From Blepharisma stoltei ATCC 30299 (Eukaryota > Protista > Ciliophora), in the NCBI GenBank assembly GCA_965603825.1, contig CBFDEM010000010.1, forward strand, positions 248,001 to 312,000: a stretch of 64,000 nt of DNA, read 5' to 3'. The first letter of the stretch is position 1. Every line of letters starts with the position of its first letter. The position numbers and the translations under genes are program-made. Below, in pieces: positions 1 to 14,723 of this stretch. The notes beneath the pieces were generated by a model, which saw nothing but the letters and a program-made list of their open reading frames with translations, had not been told where the DNA came from and made no database searches.

Positions 1-3000
1 GGAGCCACGTCATAACATATGGTCTCCAGCCTAAATCTTCAGGTGACAAATAAACCATCCCACATCTAGAAACTGTTGCAGGTGAAGCTACAGCCAAATC
101 TTGGACCTCAAATAAAATTCTCATCTGCGACCTCAACTTGATTCTTTCACCATTGGCTAAACAAAGCATCATATTATCATCAAGAACAGTATTCATGTTT
201 TCAATCCACAGCGAGTCCACTGGCCCATCAAATATGACCCATTTTCTTTCTTCAGTTTTATCTGCGGCTGCAACTCTCATGATCCTCGATGCTAGCCCAT
301 CTCTCCAGTCTTGCGTTAAAGAGTTTACTTCTCCATACAATTCTCCCATAGTGATACATTTAGGATTCATTACGTTCATTTCAACCTTTTGGAACCTGGG
401 ATCTTTGGACTTTTTCTCATATAAAGTAGTAAGACTTTTACTGAGAACCTCTAGACATGTGGATTTCCCACTGCCAGTTGGCCCGACTAACATTACTCCG
501 AATCTTACACATAAGGTATCGAATAGCTGCATAACTTTTTTTTCGAATTGCTTTACTTTTTGGAGTCTGAGGGCTACGATTGTATCAGTAATTTGCTTGT
601 CTAATTCGCCGTAAGGTGGCTCACCTATTTCGATTTCTGGGAAGAGATCTTTAACTAAGGCTTCAAATAAGGGAATATCGTGTGATAAAAATTTAGGGAT
701 GTTGGAATCTCGCATAGCGCGAATTAGCACAAGGTCTTCACTAAGAAGAGGATTGGATCTTTTTAGTTCTCCAGCCATAACCAAGACACTTTTCACAGCT
801 CTCATACCAAAATCATAATGGTCTTGTTGGGAAAGCTGCTCTGAGGCAAGCTTATAGAGTTGAACCATTTTTTTACTCAAAGGCTTGGCATTGGAAAATC
901 CTTCAGCGAAGAGCATAATTTCAGCAATCATGGCATAGTCAGGGATCATCATAGCAACTGGTCTGAAACAGACTTTTAAGTTGTCAGGCAGCTCAGTTCT
1001 TCCAGCATATCCAGGATTCATAGTAATGAAAACTCCACATGTGGTTTTCAACGGTATCATAGAGTCTTCAAACAGGAACTCAGCAACTCCCTCTCTCAGT
1101 GCATTTTGAATTGTGAGTAGCTGCTGAGCAATAACAGAAAGCACTTCTATATCAATACGGTTGAACTCATCCAAACAGCTCCACGCGCCTTGCTGCGCTA
1201 ATCCTGAAAAAAGTCTCCCCATCATTTTATAAGTGATTTGCTCAGAGCAGTTAAAGACAACACACTGCATTCCTATTGCCTTTGCAAGATCCTTTGTAGA
1301 CTCTGTTTTGCCTGTTCCTGCAGGCCCAGCTGGAGACGCTCCTAGTTTTATATTAAGTGCTGAAGTAATAGTGATCCAGCATCTGTCAGTCAATGGTGTA
1401 ATAACAAGCCTAGATGTAGCTCCCATATATTCGTAGCCATAATACAGCAGAGCATTGATTTGTCTTATAATGACAATATCGCTCTCCTTTTCCCAATAAT
1501 ATCTTAGCTGTTGCTGCCATAAAAAATCATTGATAGACTCAACTCCTTCGCCTTTAAGTATGTCTATAATATCTCTGCCATGGACATCTGTAGTGATTAA
1601 TGAAACTATGACTTTTCTTTGGAGAGGAGTCAGAGAGCCACGGACAAGCTCGACCAGCTGTTCTAATTGAGTTGTGTTGAGGTTAAACCAATCTTCAAGA
1701 GACGAAGGAGTATCAGTAACAGCTTCTATGGCAGATTCTGTTTCTGAGCATCAATTGATTTGGACAACAGTTGCAATTACTTGGCCTGGATGCTTTAAAA
1801 CCCATTCTTTTCTTTCCTGGCCTTCCAAGTCATCTCTTCCAATTGCCATAGCTTTCATGAGGACATCAATCATAGCAGCCTGCACGTTACTAAGCCATTC
1901 TTCAACCATGCCTCTTGCTTTGAGAACTTTGCCAGCGAAGTACACTTTTTCCCCTTCATGTGATTCCATCGCAAAAATATCAACTGATTTAGGCTCACTG
2001 CCGAAGTCTAGAGCATTTATATTATCAAAGCATTTTTTCAAATGCGGCTGCACCTTGTGAGGGTCATGAGCATTTGCAAGAATATGCAATAGTTCATCAT
2101 CTGATAAGAAATAAAACCTTGGGAAGCTTCGTCGCTTGGTTTCAAGATACTTATTGAGCTGTCTTTGAACTTGGTCTAGCGTTGCATTGTGGCGTTTGAG
2201 TTCTGTTAATAAGCCAGCTACTCCTACAGTTGCCCTAAGTGCTTGGTTTCTTTGTGCAGTCTTTTTCATGAGGTTTCTGAAGAACTTATCAACTCCTTCA
2301 AACATAGCTGACTCTTGATGCAGATGCCTTTTAATATCCCCAGAGCTGAAAATGTTTTCCAAATACATCCAGCTTTTTTGGCAGGTAATCCATTCTTCCA
2401 TTATATCCTGCATAGTGTTTAAATCGTCTTTCCATTTATTTACGTCTTCTCTGATGACAGCCACATATCTGTTCCCGGCAATCATACTCAGCTTAGCACA
2501 AGAGTCATCCAAGCTGCTCAACATTTCTTCAATGTCTCCTAAGATCCAAATATCTCTATGCTCTTTATAAGTCTGCACTGGGAGCTCTTGTTCTTGCCAG
2601 ATAGCTTTAACGTCGTCTAGTTGTATCTTAAGCTGCCCTTCTTGTGCAGCTTGGGTTGCAATTTGCTGGATTTCAGTTTGCTTGCTAACAACGTCTAACC
2701 TCATAAGATCTCCTAAGGTGAACTCATCATTAATTTCAAAGTCCTTCCCTATGATTTCTTTTATTTGTTTCCAATGAGATTCTTCCAGTGGAGATCTCAT
2801 TGCTTCGACAACTGGCATGGTCTCTCTGAAATCATATACAAGCTCTTTAAACTCTTTGATGACTGTGCTCTCTGGTAAGGAGTTTTCGCACCTTGAGACA
2901 ATTTTGCTGAACTCTTCTGACTTTTCTCTGATGAATTTGGCATTGATAAGCTTAAATGGAGTTGTTGTCCACTCTCCCTGGAGCTTTCTCCAGTCTCTCA

Positions 3001-5914
3001 GTCCTCTCCACAAAGCCACTCTTAAGTCAAGCTGCTCTCTGACTGTCTCGATCTGTTCGAACTTGACTATTTGCAAATCAAGGATCCTTTGGAAACTATT
3101 AATTCTGTCTCCTAAATTTTCCAATTGTTCACATTTAACTAAGTACTCTTCTAACTCTCTAATTGCAAATGCTGCTACAGTGTCTTTTTTCAGATATTTT
3201 TCATCTGTCACCTTCAAGTCTAGGGTTTTAACTTCTTCCAAATAGTCAGGGACCATTAAATTTACATCTTTTCTAAATGTAAGGATATATTTATCCACGT
3301 TGCTTTCAGCAAAAATGATGTTATTCGTCAAGGTATTCAATAAATGGTAAATATCTGAAAAGGCATCAGAGTCTTCTTTCGGGATCTCCAAGTCAATTTC
3401 TTTTGCAAGTTTAAAAAGCTCAGAAATGGTTTGCAAGTATTGCTTTTTCTCGTTCATTTTGCCATTAATAGTAGATAAAGCGTTCCTTTGGACCACAAAC
3501 TCATCTACACTTGAGACCTTCATAGGAAGCATGCGAATTGATGAGACTATCCATTCACGGATTTTTATAGTTCGCTCTTTCAAAAGGCGGGGGAGGAGCT
3601 CTGTGAAATAGTCTATAAATGATTTTGGAGATGACAATAATTTAGATTTGGCTTCTGTGCAGTCAAGCTTAATAAGTTGGGTGGATACAATAGATGGGAC
3701 TAAGTTAAAAGTTTTAAGCTGGTGTCTAAATTTGGTGAAAACATATAGAAAAGCATCATATTGGTTTTTTAATCTTTCATTGCTGAATATTTCTGTATTA
3801 ATCAGTGAATTTTCCCAAATAGCATGTATAGGGTAATGTAATGGCTTTATCAGTTCTGATATTTGACTATAAGCTCTGGCTAAAATATCTTGCAAGCCTT
3901 CTTGTATCATACTGAACAAAGGATGATCACTCAGCCATGATCTGGGATCTAAAAACAGTTCCTGCGCAACTTCCCAGTTTTCAGCTACTTTATCATCCCA
4001 TTCTTCAAGTGCTGTAGCAAAGTCTTCAAGTTCTGGATGTCTGCTCCATCTTTCTATAACAAGAATATTTTCCAGCCCATCAGAAATAATTTCTACCATA
4101 CTTTCTACCATCTCATCCATTTCAGGGCTCAATTTAGCATAAAAATCAAGGATTCTTGGGACTATGCATTTAACTCCAACAACTTCATCCCCTCTAAGCT
4201 TTATGGGTGAGTCAGAATCAGCGTTTTCAGATACCAATGAAAGATGCAAATTTGGGTTAAAATCGTCAGGCTCACTATTTCCTTGTGGTGGCGGGACAAA
4301 TTCGAATACTTCAACTCTATCTTTTTCTGACTCTGGGACTGTGCTTTCAGAAATTTCAAGCTGCACTGAGAATAGTGGGTTGTTGTGCTTCAATCTTTTT
4401 ACTTTGAAATCTTGGTTTTGATGCATTTTTACAAGATCTGAGATTCTGTCAACTAGTTCTTCGGTTGACCAGACATAAATGTGAGTTAGACTTTCTAGCA
4501 CATAAAAGTCAGCGAGATATGAAAATCGGATAAAACGTGAACATTCTCTTCTTAAGAGAGACCTTTGCCCAAAACTCATATTTTCGGGAAAACCCATTTT
4601 TTCATATAATGCACATATGTGACGACTTGGAGGAATTAAGTTTCCTGGGCCTCCTCTGACGTAATTTTTTTCACTAGCAATATCACTAACAATTTTTTCT
4701 CTCAATTCGTCCATAATTTGTCTGATGTGGCTGTTAATATTATCCCTCAAGCTTGCTGCAAACTGTTCAAGCTTCCCTTTAACTTCATCTTGCCTTTTTT
4801 CTTGCATTTCGTGAAAAGCGTCAAGGCTCATCCCTTCACTTGCAGATGGTAAATCAATAAATCTTAATCTTTCAATATCACTACATATAGACCTATGCTG
4901 CGTAAGCAACTCACTGTACACTTTGTCAACCCAGAATAATTTTTCTTCAAGCATCTTTGTCCTTTTTCCTTTTCTATATCTATTAACATTTCTTTTCCAC
5001 ATGATGCAAGTCTTCCAAATCCTGAATTTTCTAAAGAAAGGAATAGACCTAAGTTGATTAAACGCTTCTCTCTCCACGAGCCAGTCTGAAAGTTTGGTGA
5101 ATTCTACAGGAGAGCCTTCGATAAACACAGAAACTCCACTTTTGGAAACTGTATAATAGAAATCAATACTTTGAGGTGATATTATTGATTTTAAGTGATA
5201 AGGATTGTGCGGCTCTTCTTGCATACAATATAAGAAATTCCCATCTTGAGGTTCTTCTTGCAAGCTTTTAATAAATAAATCTACATCATTTAGGTCAATT
5301 TTGCCAATTGTTTCTTGATAAGGAGGGAAATTTTCGTCTTTAGGCTCATCATTGAAAAATGAAGGCTGCTGCTTGGCGAAGCTTTTTCTGGGAGTCTTAA
5401 CCCCTTTCATTTGCTGCACAAGACTCATTGCTCTGAAACTTTCGTCTACTGAAAAGTTTTTGAATGAGCCAGGATTTCTAATGTAGGATCGTGAATTTTG
5501 TGTTGTGACTGGCCTGGATTTTGAAGCATTTGATATATCTAAATCCATGTTCTTGAGAACATACTGCTTTTTGGATGCAGTACTAGGACGTAGCTTTCCG
5601 GCTCCAATGTACCCGGATGTCGATACGCGGCTTGGAAGATCTCTTAAGATTGAGTTTTCTGTTGTCGGTGGGCGTTGCTGAAAAAAGACTACGCTGGGAG
5701 ATTTAGGTTCTGTAACAAGTAAGATCTCTTTGGGCTTCTTTATTAAACTAAATGAAGCATTTTGCATTTTTGGCCGCTTAACTGAAGGAAGGGGTACTGG
5801 GCTGATTCCGCGGTCAATAAGTCTGTTTCTAAGATCTTGAGCTTTTTTAGGATCTACTGCAATTGAGATGGGCTTCCTCGTAACTGATTGAGACTTTGAA
5901 GCTGGTGGCCTCAT
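1..5914 (-). CDS. Axonemal dynein heavy chain (inner-arm, DNAH6-like); 3' end runs off the window
   Basis: The ORF continues through TGA at 1751-1753 (VQIN-W-CSE) into the AAA1 P-loop GPAGTGKTE, DEFNRIDIEVLSV and AAA2 GPTGSGKS. FPRFYFLSDDELL motif present. First ATG at 5914. Confidence 0.95.
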
Positions 5915-6121
5915 ATTTAAATTGTAATAATTAAGAAACTGGAGGATTTTTTTGCTATTTGAAACATACAAAATTATGAGTGAAGCCCTAAATAAAAACT
6001 CATAAAAGGAATTTTAAATTAAACACTAGAGGCTTCAAATATTTATAATTTTCTTAGAAAATATTAAAACATTATTCATCTTGAGGAAATTTTGTGATGT
6101 TTCAAAAGTCATTTTTATCAA

Positions 6122-8245
6122 TTATACTAAAAATCCTACTCTACTCAGATGCTCTTCCAGCAATAATTTTTCCGTATCTCCATAATGCCCAGAATGCCCG
6201 CATGCTAATGGAATTAAATATCCAGCTTTAGAATAATCATAAAAACTTCTTGCTGTCGCAGTTGTTGTAATAAGAACATCAGTTGAGATTTGGCTTAAAT
6301 TTTTTGTGTGGCTTGGATGATTTGACTCTAAATAATCAAGAATTTTATATAGCAGTTTTTCCAGTGTTTTAATTTTTGTGCAAATTGTTACTATTATAGG
6401 ATTTGATATAATTTCATATTCCACATAAATGGTTTCCAGCTCATCAACAGTGTTTTTTATTTTCTGGATAGTCCTAGCTCTGTGACCATTTATTTCAGGA
6501 ATTAAAGGTAAAAAGCTTCCCCATATTTCAAATACAATTAGCCACAAGCTCAAGGAAATGTCTTTGCTTTTATCAAAAGTAATACTGGTGATTGGTTTTC
6601 CACCTGCATCTAGAACTTCTAAAACTGCAAAGAGCTTTTCTAAGACATAAGAAACAACATCATCTTCAATGAAATCTGACTCTTTTACCATTAAATGATA
6701 AATACTATTTGTTGTCATATTCAAAGAATTTTGTGTATTCGGATCATTTTTAAGGTATTTTAATGCCAAATCTGCAAATATTTCAATATGTGAGAGCAAC
6801 TCTTGCCTATCATCTTGGCTCAAAATCGAATCATAAGTGGTTATATCAAGCGGGGTTTGGTAGTTTTGCAGAGAGCCTTTAATAAATTCTATAGCGATTC
6901 CTGTTTTCAATGATGCAAGATCCCGTATAGTTGCATCTTGATAATCAACTGATAAAACTTTATAGCATTCACTGCTTAAAAAATCCAAACTTACATCAAC
7001 TCTTCATCTTCCTATATATTTATAAATAAAGCTTGCGACTTTTCCAAAGCTATGTAATGCCATGTCATTTAATGAGGAAAAGCATCGATCAAGAAAAACA
7101 AAGTCTACAGTTGCTTTATTGGCTAAATGAGCTGCAATACACCCTCCAAAACTTTCTCCATGAATGCCAATTTTTTGAACTTTTCTTATTCGTTTTAAAT
7201 AATCTAAGATAATCTCCCCGTCCTTTTTGAGTCTATCAGGATTAGGTCTGCCTTTTGTTCTTCCATAGCCTCTATAATTCCATAAAAATACGTTAATTCC
7301 AGAATTTATGTAAAACTCAACCCACTCACTTTGATAATACGAAAACTCATAGAGTCCAGCATTAGGGCTGCACATAAGCATTGTTGGGGCATTTGATAAA
7401 TCAGCTGTCGAGGAAACTCATAGGCAATCTATATTTATCCCGTCATCAGCAGTAACTCATATTTGTTGAGAATGGTATCGAGCTTCCAGTTCTAGTCTCA
7501 TTTGATCAATAGTCCCAAAAGTATATTCTCATAAAAACGCCTTAGCTTTTTTAATAATATTTGTATTTTGGCATATAGTTTGAAGGAAGTTCTCTATGCT
7601 TATGCAAACTTCCAAAGCAGACTTAGCTGAAGCATTTGTAGGAAAATCATCAAAAACAACTCCAAGTCAATCAGATTCACTCTCAATTCTATCAATTCAA
7701 TCCCAAAGTGAGCATTCATCTTTATTTCCAACAATAATCTTGATTTCCTGCAATGCTAGTTGCAAATTGGTCAATAAATTGAGCAAAACCCCTTGTTTCT
7801 GATTTAATGTTTGGTTCTCTTTTTGCAAGTTAAAGCCATAAATAACCGTAGACAACATCATTTTTGCATAGCTAGCAGTTTCTATTGAGTTTGGTAGAAA
7901 ATCTCTTTTGTCTATCTCATTGCACTCTTCTAATAATATTTCGAGCGCTATATGAAAATCCTGAATACGCTGAAGAAGCTGCATTGAGACTTCTGCGCAA
8001 AAATGAGTTTCTATTGAGCGTCTCCAAAACCATGTAGAGCCTGGAAATACTGAAAGCCGTATTGCGAGATGGAGCAAGTAGTAAAGTAATAAGATAAAGA
8101 GTAGTAATGAAATTGGCCATGAAAGCAAAGAGGCAATCAGGCTGAAAATGTAATAAACCAGTGTGAGGAGTAAGGCTGAAAGAAAAATTGCTAGAGACAG
8201 AAGTATCAGAAACTTCTTTTTGTTCTGGGTTATCATATTTAGCAT
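6122..8245 (-). CDS. Alpha/beta hydrolase with N-terminal TM segments (ABHD-like)
   Basis: Three track ORFs lie in one frame joined by TGA codons. NYRGYG, GESFGG nucleophile elbow and C-terminal GH motif present. Ends in TAA. Confidence 0.85.
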
Positions 8246-8734
8246 ATCTATTATTTTAAATTGCTTGCTGATGATAATTTTGAGAAATCATTTTTTAATT
8301 AATAATCAGCTATGTCTATTCGCACTTGAAATATTTTATCTGCTTTGATGATCATTCTTTTTTATTAATTATTAATTCTAAACATTCACGACAGCTATCA
8401 ATCTATTAGTATTATAATCTATTAAGTCGCTCTATATAAACTTTATCATCGCTGCATTTACTGCTTATTAATTATAAAAGCGTAATATTCTTGCGGCCAT
8501 AGCTAAAATAAAATATTTTAAAATTTTTACATGTAAAGCAATTTCAATACTCATAAAATTCTGCTATTGATGGAATACTTGTCACTAAAATAAATATTTT
8601 TTTAGTATTAAAAATATTTTTCTACTTATCATAATAAATCTATATCTAACTAAAACTTTACTTTTCAAAATTTATCTATTTTACTTGCATAAGATTGTCG
8701 AAACAATTTCATAAGCAGCCATTTTTAAATTCAA

Positions 8735-9172
8735 ATGAGCCGCATAAGGCCTAGATCTGACACTCTGCGACCTCAAATCACAAGATCAAGGACTGGCAGC
8801 TTTTCGGCTCTCCAAAATTCTCAAATAAACATATCATCCGAAACAGCTCGGAATTCTTCAGTTGACCACAAAGAAGCATTTTCCTCAAACTTATTGTCTA
8901 ATCTTCTCAAGCTGAACCAGCGCAGCTCCAGCGTATTCAAAGAAAATATCAAACATTCTGATCAGCCTACTCCAAAGGAATCATTTCTTGCTAAAAAAGA
9001 GCGGTTGAAACGCCCACTTCGCACCTTACTGGCTCCGAGTCTTCCTAGACCAAATATCTATATTGCTCCCGTTCAGAACAGTTTCTATGAGTATCTTGAT
9101 AAGATGGAACCTCTCCTCCATGATATGGATGAAATGAAAAGGCATATTTCAATACCCCACAATTTTTTCTAG
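8735..9172 (+). CDS. Hypothetical protein
   Basis: ATG..TAG ORF of 145 aa with coding-like GC content between AT-rich spacers. Confidence 0.65.
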   Translation: MSRIRPRSDTLRPQITRSRTGSFSALQNSQINISSETARNSSVDHKEAFSSNLLSNLLKLNQRSSSVFKENIKHSDQPTPKESFLAKKERLKRPLRTLLAPSLPRPNIYIAPVQNSFYEYLDKMEPLLHDMDEMKRHISIPHNFF

Positions 9173-9282
9173 CCTCTAACAAAGAATTAATCTTTAATGA
9201 CCTGTAATATTACCTTGTTCCTCACAATTTATAGCTCAATTAATCCTTTCTAACTAAATTTATTCCAAAAGAGTGGTTAATA

Positions 9283-10029
9283 ATGGTTAAAAAACAGGGC
9301 AAGAAGAGTGCTTCAGCCTCAAAAGAACCAACTAACCCACTATACGCTAAGAAAGAACGTAATCTTAGGATCGGTGGCAGCATCCAGCCAAAACGTGACC
9401 TTTATCACTACCTCCGCTGGCCTGAATACATCCAACTTCAAAGAAAGAGAAGCGTTCTTCTATCCCGTCTCAAGGTCCCACCACCAATTAACCAATTCCG
9501 ATCCACTTTTGACAAAGCCCAAGCCATGGCTCTTTTCAGACTCCTTGCCAAATACAGACCAGAGTCCCGTGCAGAGAAAAAGAAGAGACTTGAAGCAGAA
9601 GCAAAGGGTGAAGGACAAAAACCTAAGCCATTCTTGTTGAAATATGGCCTAAATCAAATCACCAGCTTAGTAGAAAGCAAGAAAGCCAAGCTTGTAGTGA
9701 TTGCTCATGACGTTGATCCTATTGAACTAGTCCTGTGGCTTCCTCAGCTCTGCAGAACTATGGATGTCCCATATTGTATTGTAAAAGGAAAGTCAAGACT
9801 AGGAACTCTGACCCACAAAAAAACATGCACAGCTGTCGCTCTTACTGAGGTAAGAAAAGAAGATGTCCATGATTTAGAACTCATCACAAAAAACGCTAGG
9901 TCTCTTTTCAATGAAAATCCTGATGTTGCTAAATGGGGTGGTGGTATTCTTGGTGTCAAATCTCAACAAAGAATTGAAAGAAAAGAAAAACTGATAGCCC
10001 AAGAAGCTGCTAAAAAAGCTGGTCTATAA
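9283..10029 (+). CDS. RPL7A: 60S ribosomal protein L7a (eL8)
   Basis: RLKVPPPINQF, LVVIAHDVDPIELV, VPYCIVKGKSRLG, WGGGILG motifs. Confidence 0.97.
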   Translation: MVKKQGKKSASASKEPTNPLYAKKERNLRIGGSIQPKRDLYHYLRWPEYIQLQRKRSVLLSRLKVPPPINQFRSTFDKAQAMALFRLLAKYRPESRAEKKKRLEAEAKGEGQKPKPFLLKYGLNQITSLVESKKAKLVVIAHDVDPIELVLWLPQLCRTMDVPYCIVKGKSRLGTLTHKKTCTAVALTEVRKEDVHDLELITKNARSLFNENPDVAKWGGGILGVKSQQRIERKEKLIAQEAAKKAGL

Positions 10030-10060
10030 CTAACTAGATCCTTTTAACCTAGAAATAATT

Positions 10061-11521
10061 ATGGAATTAATTATAAGAGCTGCCAATTTTTCAGCAAAAA
10101 ATGCAGTGTTCTGTAGGCAAAGGACTTTTACGTATGGAGATTTGCTGGCACATGCAGAATTAGTTCGCAATAAGCTGCTATCGCTAAGCGCTTATATGAA
10201 AGGGAAAAGAGTTGTGGTACTAACACCGCATAGCTATGAGTATTTGCCTTGCCAATGGGGGATTTGAAAAGCTGGAGGTGTAGTAGTACCGATAAATATA
10301 AAGCAGCCACCTTTAGAATGAAAGCATATCATAGAGGACTGTCGACCAACTTTTATATTGTGCCATGGAAGCTTGTTGTCCAGACTTGAGACTGTAATTG
10401 AGAAAAATGGAGTAAAAATTATCCCTGTAGGGGATTTTCAGACTTTGGAAGAGAAAATTGAAATAAAGGACGTGAATATGGACAACGAAACCGATGCTAT
10501 GATTTTATATACCGCTGGGATAACAGGAAAGCCAAAAGGAGCTGTGCATACACACAGAAGTCTCACCTTCCAAGTAAAAACTCTATCAAATAATTGGGGA
10601 TGAAACGAGAATGATAATTGCATAGAGCTTATGCCATTATATCATTATCATGGCGTTAGCAGCTTATTGAGTGCTTTGTGGGCAGGAGCTAGCGTTACAT
10701 TTCATTATAATTTTGATGTATGGAATTTATGGCAAGATATTAAAAAAGAAACCAATCTGACTGTTTTAAGTGCTCCAACTTCAGTCTATACAAAGCTGCT
10801 TTATAACTGGAATTACATGTATAAAACTGATAAACAAGAAATTATTGATAGCTGCAGAAGATTCAGGTTAATGATCACAGGGAGCTGTGGAATGCCGGAA
10901 ACGATGTCTAATTATTGGGAAGAAGCAACCAAGCATGCCTTAATCAATCAATATGGGACAGCAGAAACGGGGATGGTTCTGAGCAATTTAGCAAATGAGA
11001 CTCAGACTCCTGGATGCGTGGGAAAGCCTCTTACGCAAATAGAAACAGAAATTTATAGAAATGAGCTCAAAGTAAAGACTCCTGGAATGTTTAAAGAATA
11101 TTTTAATAACCCAGAATCAACTAAGCAAGCTTTCGACAATGATGGATGGTTCAAGACTGGAGACTTGGCTGAGATTGATCCAAGATTAGGAAATTATAGG
11201 ATTACTGGAAAATTAAATTCAGATGCAATCAGATTTTCAGGATATACAATTTCTGCTAGAGAAATAGAAACCGAATTAAAAGGCTTTCCAGGCATAGAAG
11301 ATGTTGCAGCTGTCGGAGTTCCCAGCTATGAACATGGAGAAATCATAGGAGTTGCTATCAAAAGCCAAAAGAAAATTACATTAAAAGATGTCCAAATCTG
11401 ATGTAAAACCAGAATGGCGAGCTACAAATTGCCAAGGGTTTTGCAGCAGCTTGATCAATTTCCGCTTCACTCAAGTGGAAAAATTAACAAAAATGAATTA
11501 GTGAATTTATTCAGACAATAG
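10061..11521 (+). CDS. AMP-binding acyl-CoA synthetase (ACSF3/malonyl-CoA ligase-like)
   Basis: Single frame through TGA at 10265, 10319, 10601 and 11399. YTAGITGKPKG, PLYHYHG, YGTAETG, GWFKTGD, ASYKLPR motifs. TAG stop at 11519-11521. Confidence 0.9.
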
Positions 11522-11671
11522 AAAATTACACACAAGCACAATAAAAGGTAATTAATTCTAATTAAGATAATCCTAAAGTTTATGGTTATTAGTAATCATT
11601 CTCAATTAGTAATAAATTTAAAATAACGAAAATAAATAATTCGTTATGTAAATTAAACTTAAATCGTTTTA

Positions 11672-13747
11672 TTATTTAGTACCTCCTTCTAACTGTACTA
11701 GTTTCTCTGCAAACGATTCCCAAGCCTGCTTTAATCTCCAAGCTGTCGAAGTTTCCTTTTTCGCATACTCAGCCAGCTGCTTAACTGTCCTCATTGAGGA
11801 ATACGGTAAAAATCATAGCGTTTCCTCTTGCAATTTATAATTATAGAATGCATACATATCCTTGATTTTTTCTACGCGTTTGGTTTCTTGAGTGAGCATT
11901 TTCTGAAAAGCTAACTCTTTATTTTCTTGTAACGCTGATATGTCAATGCTTAGGTCTTTTACTTCGATTTCCCATTTATTCACATCGCCTTGTGCCCAAA
12001 GTTTATCTTTCCTAGCAACTAATTTCTTTTCAGCTTTAATGTAATTTTGAAACCAATTTTCCCTTTCTTTAATTAAATCCTTTAGAGGTGTGACTTCATT
12101 ATAGGCATATTTAAAAAATGTGCTCATGTACTCCTTTACAGTTTTTATCCGCTCTAAATCACTTCTAGCTCAGGAGCCTAAAACTTGGTGAAATTCTCTA
12201 AAGGTATTAGAACTCATTTGGTTATTTGGCAGCATATCTTGAAGCCTTTCTAAGTCTTTTACTGATTCTGCAAGTCTCATAATTACTGCTGATGTGGCTT
12301 TTAACTGCTCTTCGACTTTGTTGGACTGCCTTTTTATGCTTTTTTGGATATTTTGAGCTGAATTTAAGTATTCGCTTAGATTTTTCACATATTCGTGAGA
12401 GTCAGATCCATCACAATATGCAAGGCCATCAGGAGTAGCCATGAAATTAACTTCTTCTGGCTTCTTCGCCTTTAATGCTTGCCTTTTGAAGCTCTCAAAT
12501 TCTTCATCATCATCTTCTTTAAGAAATTCCATAAGAAAAGGTGATCGCTTTAGGAGAGGATGAGATATAGTTGAATGCATAAACCGTTGCAAAAACCGCT
12601 GGTGCTTCAAAACAGTATCATCTGAGTTTTTTCCCAGCAGTTTTTTAGGGAGAGGTGGAGGGACATAAACTGCAGGATAAACCGTTATTAATATATTCCT
12701 TAACAACAAAAAGTCATTAAGATGCCTTTTTACGACCCATCCTAGAGGTATTGTTGAAACTGTATAAGTGATAACATTGTTATTTTTTTCAGGGCTAAAT
12801 AGATCTTACTCTGATATGATCACTTCGCAGGTTTTCATAGAAAGCTCGTTATCAGCAAGCCATATTGACTCAACTTTATAAACATCTGTATAAAGTGCTG
12901 GGACTTGCTCTTTTTGTGGCTCTTTTTTCGGTGTAGTTTCTACATGGATTTGTATAGGATTTTTTTCTTCATCTGATGACTCTGGAGAGCTTTTTGGGCT
13001 TTGTGCTCGGTTTAGCCTTTTTTGAAATTCCTCTTCAAGCTGCTTTGACTTATTAGGAAGTGTTGCACTGCGATTGTGCTTAATATCATCCTCTTCAGAT
13101 TCTTCTTTGGGCACATTAAAAATGGGCTCTATAAAGCTTGGCCGATTTTCTTCTAAAATCTCATCTTTGATTTCAAGATTTATGACAGGTTTTTCATTTT
13201 TTATTTGAACGTCACTCGGAGTATCCTTTGGCACATCTCCGATTCTCCTGATTGATTCCCTCACCATGGGAGCTGTTGGGAGTTCTTCATACTTTCCAGA
13301 TTCCAATCCTCCGATTTCAATAGAAAGGTTTTCTTTTTCATCAGAGCTAGATCCTGAGTCATCTGAGCTTGAAAAATTTTTGATGGAGGCTAAATAAGTT
13401 TCAAGCAAGATAAGGTAGTTTACTTTGAATTCTTGCATCAACTCATCTAGCTCACTCATAGTCCATTGTGATAAATCTGAACTTTTTTGAGACTGCATAT
13501 AATTTTGAAATACATCTGAAGAGTAATTTCTTTTATTAAGTTCGGTTTTAATAAATTCAAGCTTTTGCTCATTTGTTTCATGAGATGTGGGTTTGGATGA
13601 TGACTCTAAAGAAGGGGTTGAGGTAATAATTTGTTCATTTTTTGCTGAGGCTTGTGTAAAATCTGATGGGGACTCAGCTTTTGGGTTATCTTTTGGAGAT
13701 GGGTCGCTGATATCACTCAAGCTAGAACTAGAATTTTTATGCTCCAT
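11672..13747 (-). CDS. Sorting nexin (PX domain plus BAR-like coiled coil)
   Basis: 15-nt intron at 12795-12809 and TGA at 12170 and 11813 join the ORFs. PX motifs YTVST..WVVKRHLNDF..LR and VPPPLPKK..FLQRFM. TAA stop. Confidence 0.85.
12795..12809 (-). other. 15-nt intron
   Basis: GTAAGATCTATTTAG; removal deletes an in-frame TAA. Confidence 0.9.
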
Positions 13748-14723
13748 TTTATTCTGAAAGTCGCTTTTTAAAATTCGATTGCTTATTGAAAATAAATAAG
13801 TAGAAATAAAAAAGGAAATTATAAAATGTATTTAGAAATTATTATTTGCACTTTGTAATAAGCTACGCTCCCCACTTCAAACATTGCCAACAAGTTAGCC
13901 CCTAAAATTGAAAGCGAATATTCCTCTAGTCGCTTGAAATGATCATGCTTTTGTGGATTTTTTATATCGTTAAATATTTTAATAAAGCAACAGATCCTAT
14001 AATAATTTGGATATCATTAGGGGTCATTTTTTAAAACATCACGATCTTATTTATGATTTCCAAAGATATAAGGTATAAACTCGAAATCAAATATGCTGCA
14101 ACTGGCAATACATTTTCGTTTCATATATAGTTATTTTGAAAATCTTAATAAAAGATGATAAATCTTTTCTGGTTTTTATTTGTCTTTTATGAATTTAAAG
14201 CAAAAACGAAAGTTTATGGATTATATAATAATCTTACCAGTAAGCTTAAGTTCTATAGTGATCTGCTAAGAAGCAAGAGCATTATTAAAATTTTATCAAC
14301 TTATAAATATCAATTCTTATAATCATTTTTTGATTCAGGAAAAACTTATCGTCATTAATCTGACAATGTAGATAAGAATTAAATCATCACTTTATAGAAA
14401 TAGATCAGTATAAGGAATCATTACTGTGCAGTAGAGGGAGCCCTTACATCTTCATCATTTTGCCAAATAAATATTATAAGCCTCATATTTAATCCAATAT
14501 GGAATTTTATCAATTTCAATTAGAAATATAGCTCATATATGTCTAAGTTTATATTAAGTATGCGGACTGCAAAATAAAGAATCTATGATTACAGTCTTAA
14601 AATCTAGTTCAATTAAAATTTACATATTTTTATAAAAATTGGTTGCAAATTTATAACTCAAATGAAATTGCAGCTCAAACAGAATGAATCAGTGGGATGG
14701 GAAATAATTTATTTTACTTATTT

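Noticed and set aside
1751-1753. In-frame TGA as selenocysteine or cysteine
   Set aside because: The positions correspond to conserved Trp in non-redox proteins
13390-13423. Intron-like GTAAAC...TTATTTAG (34 nt) inside the sorting nexin ORF
   Set aside because: Removal shifts the frame to an early stop, and the unspliced frame is open
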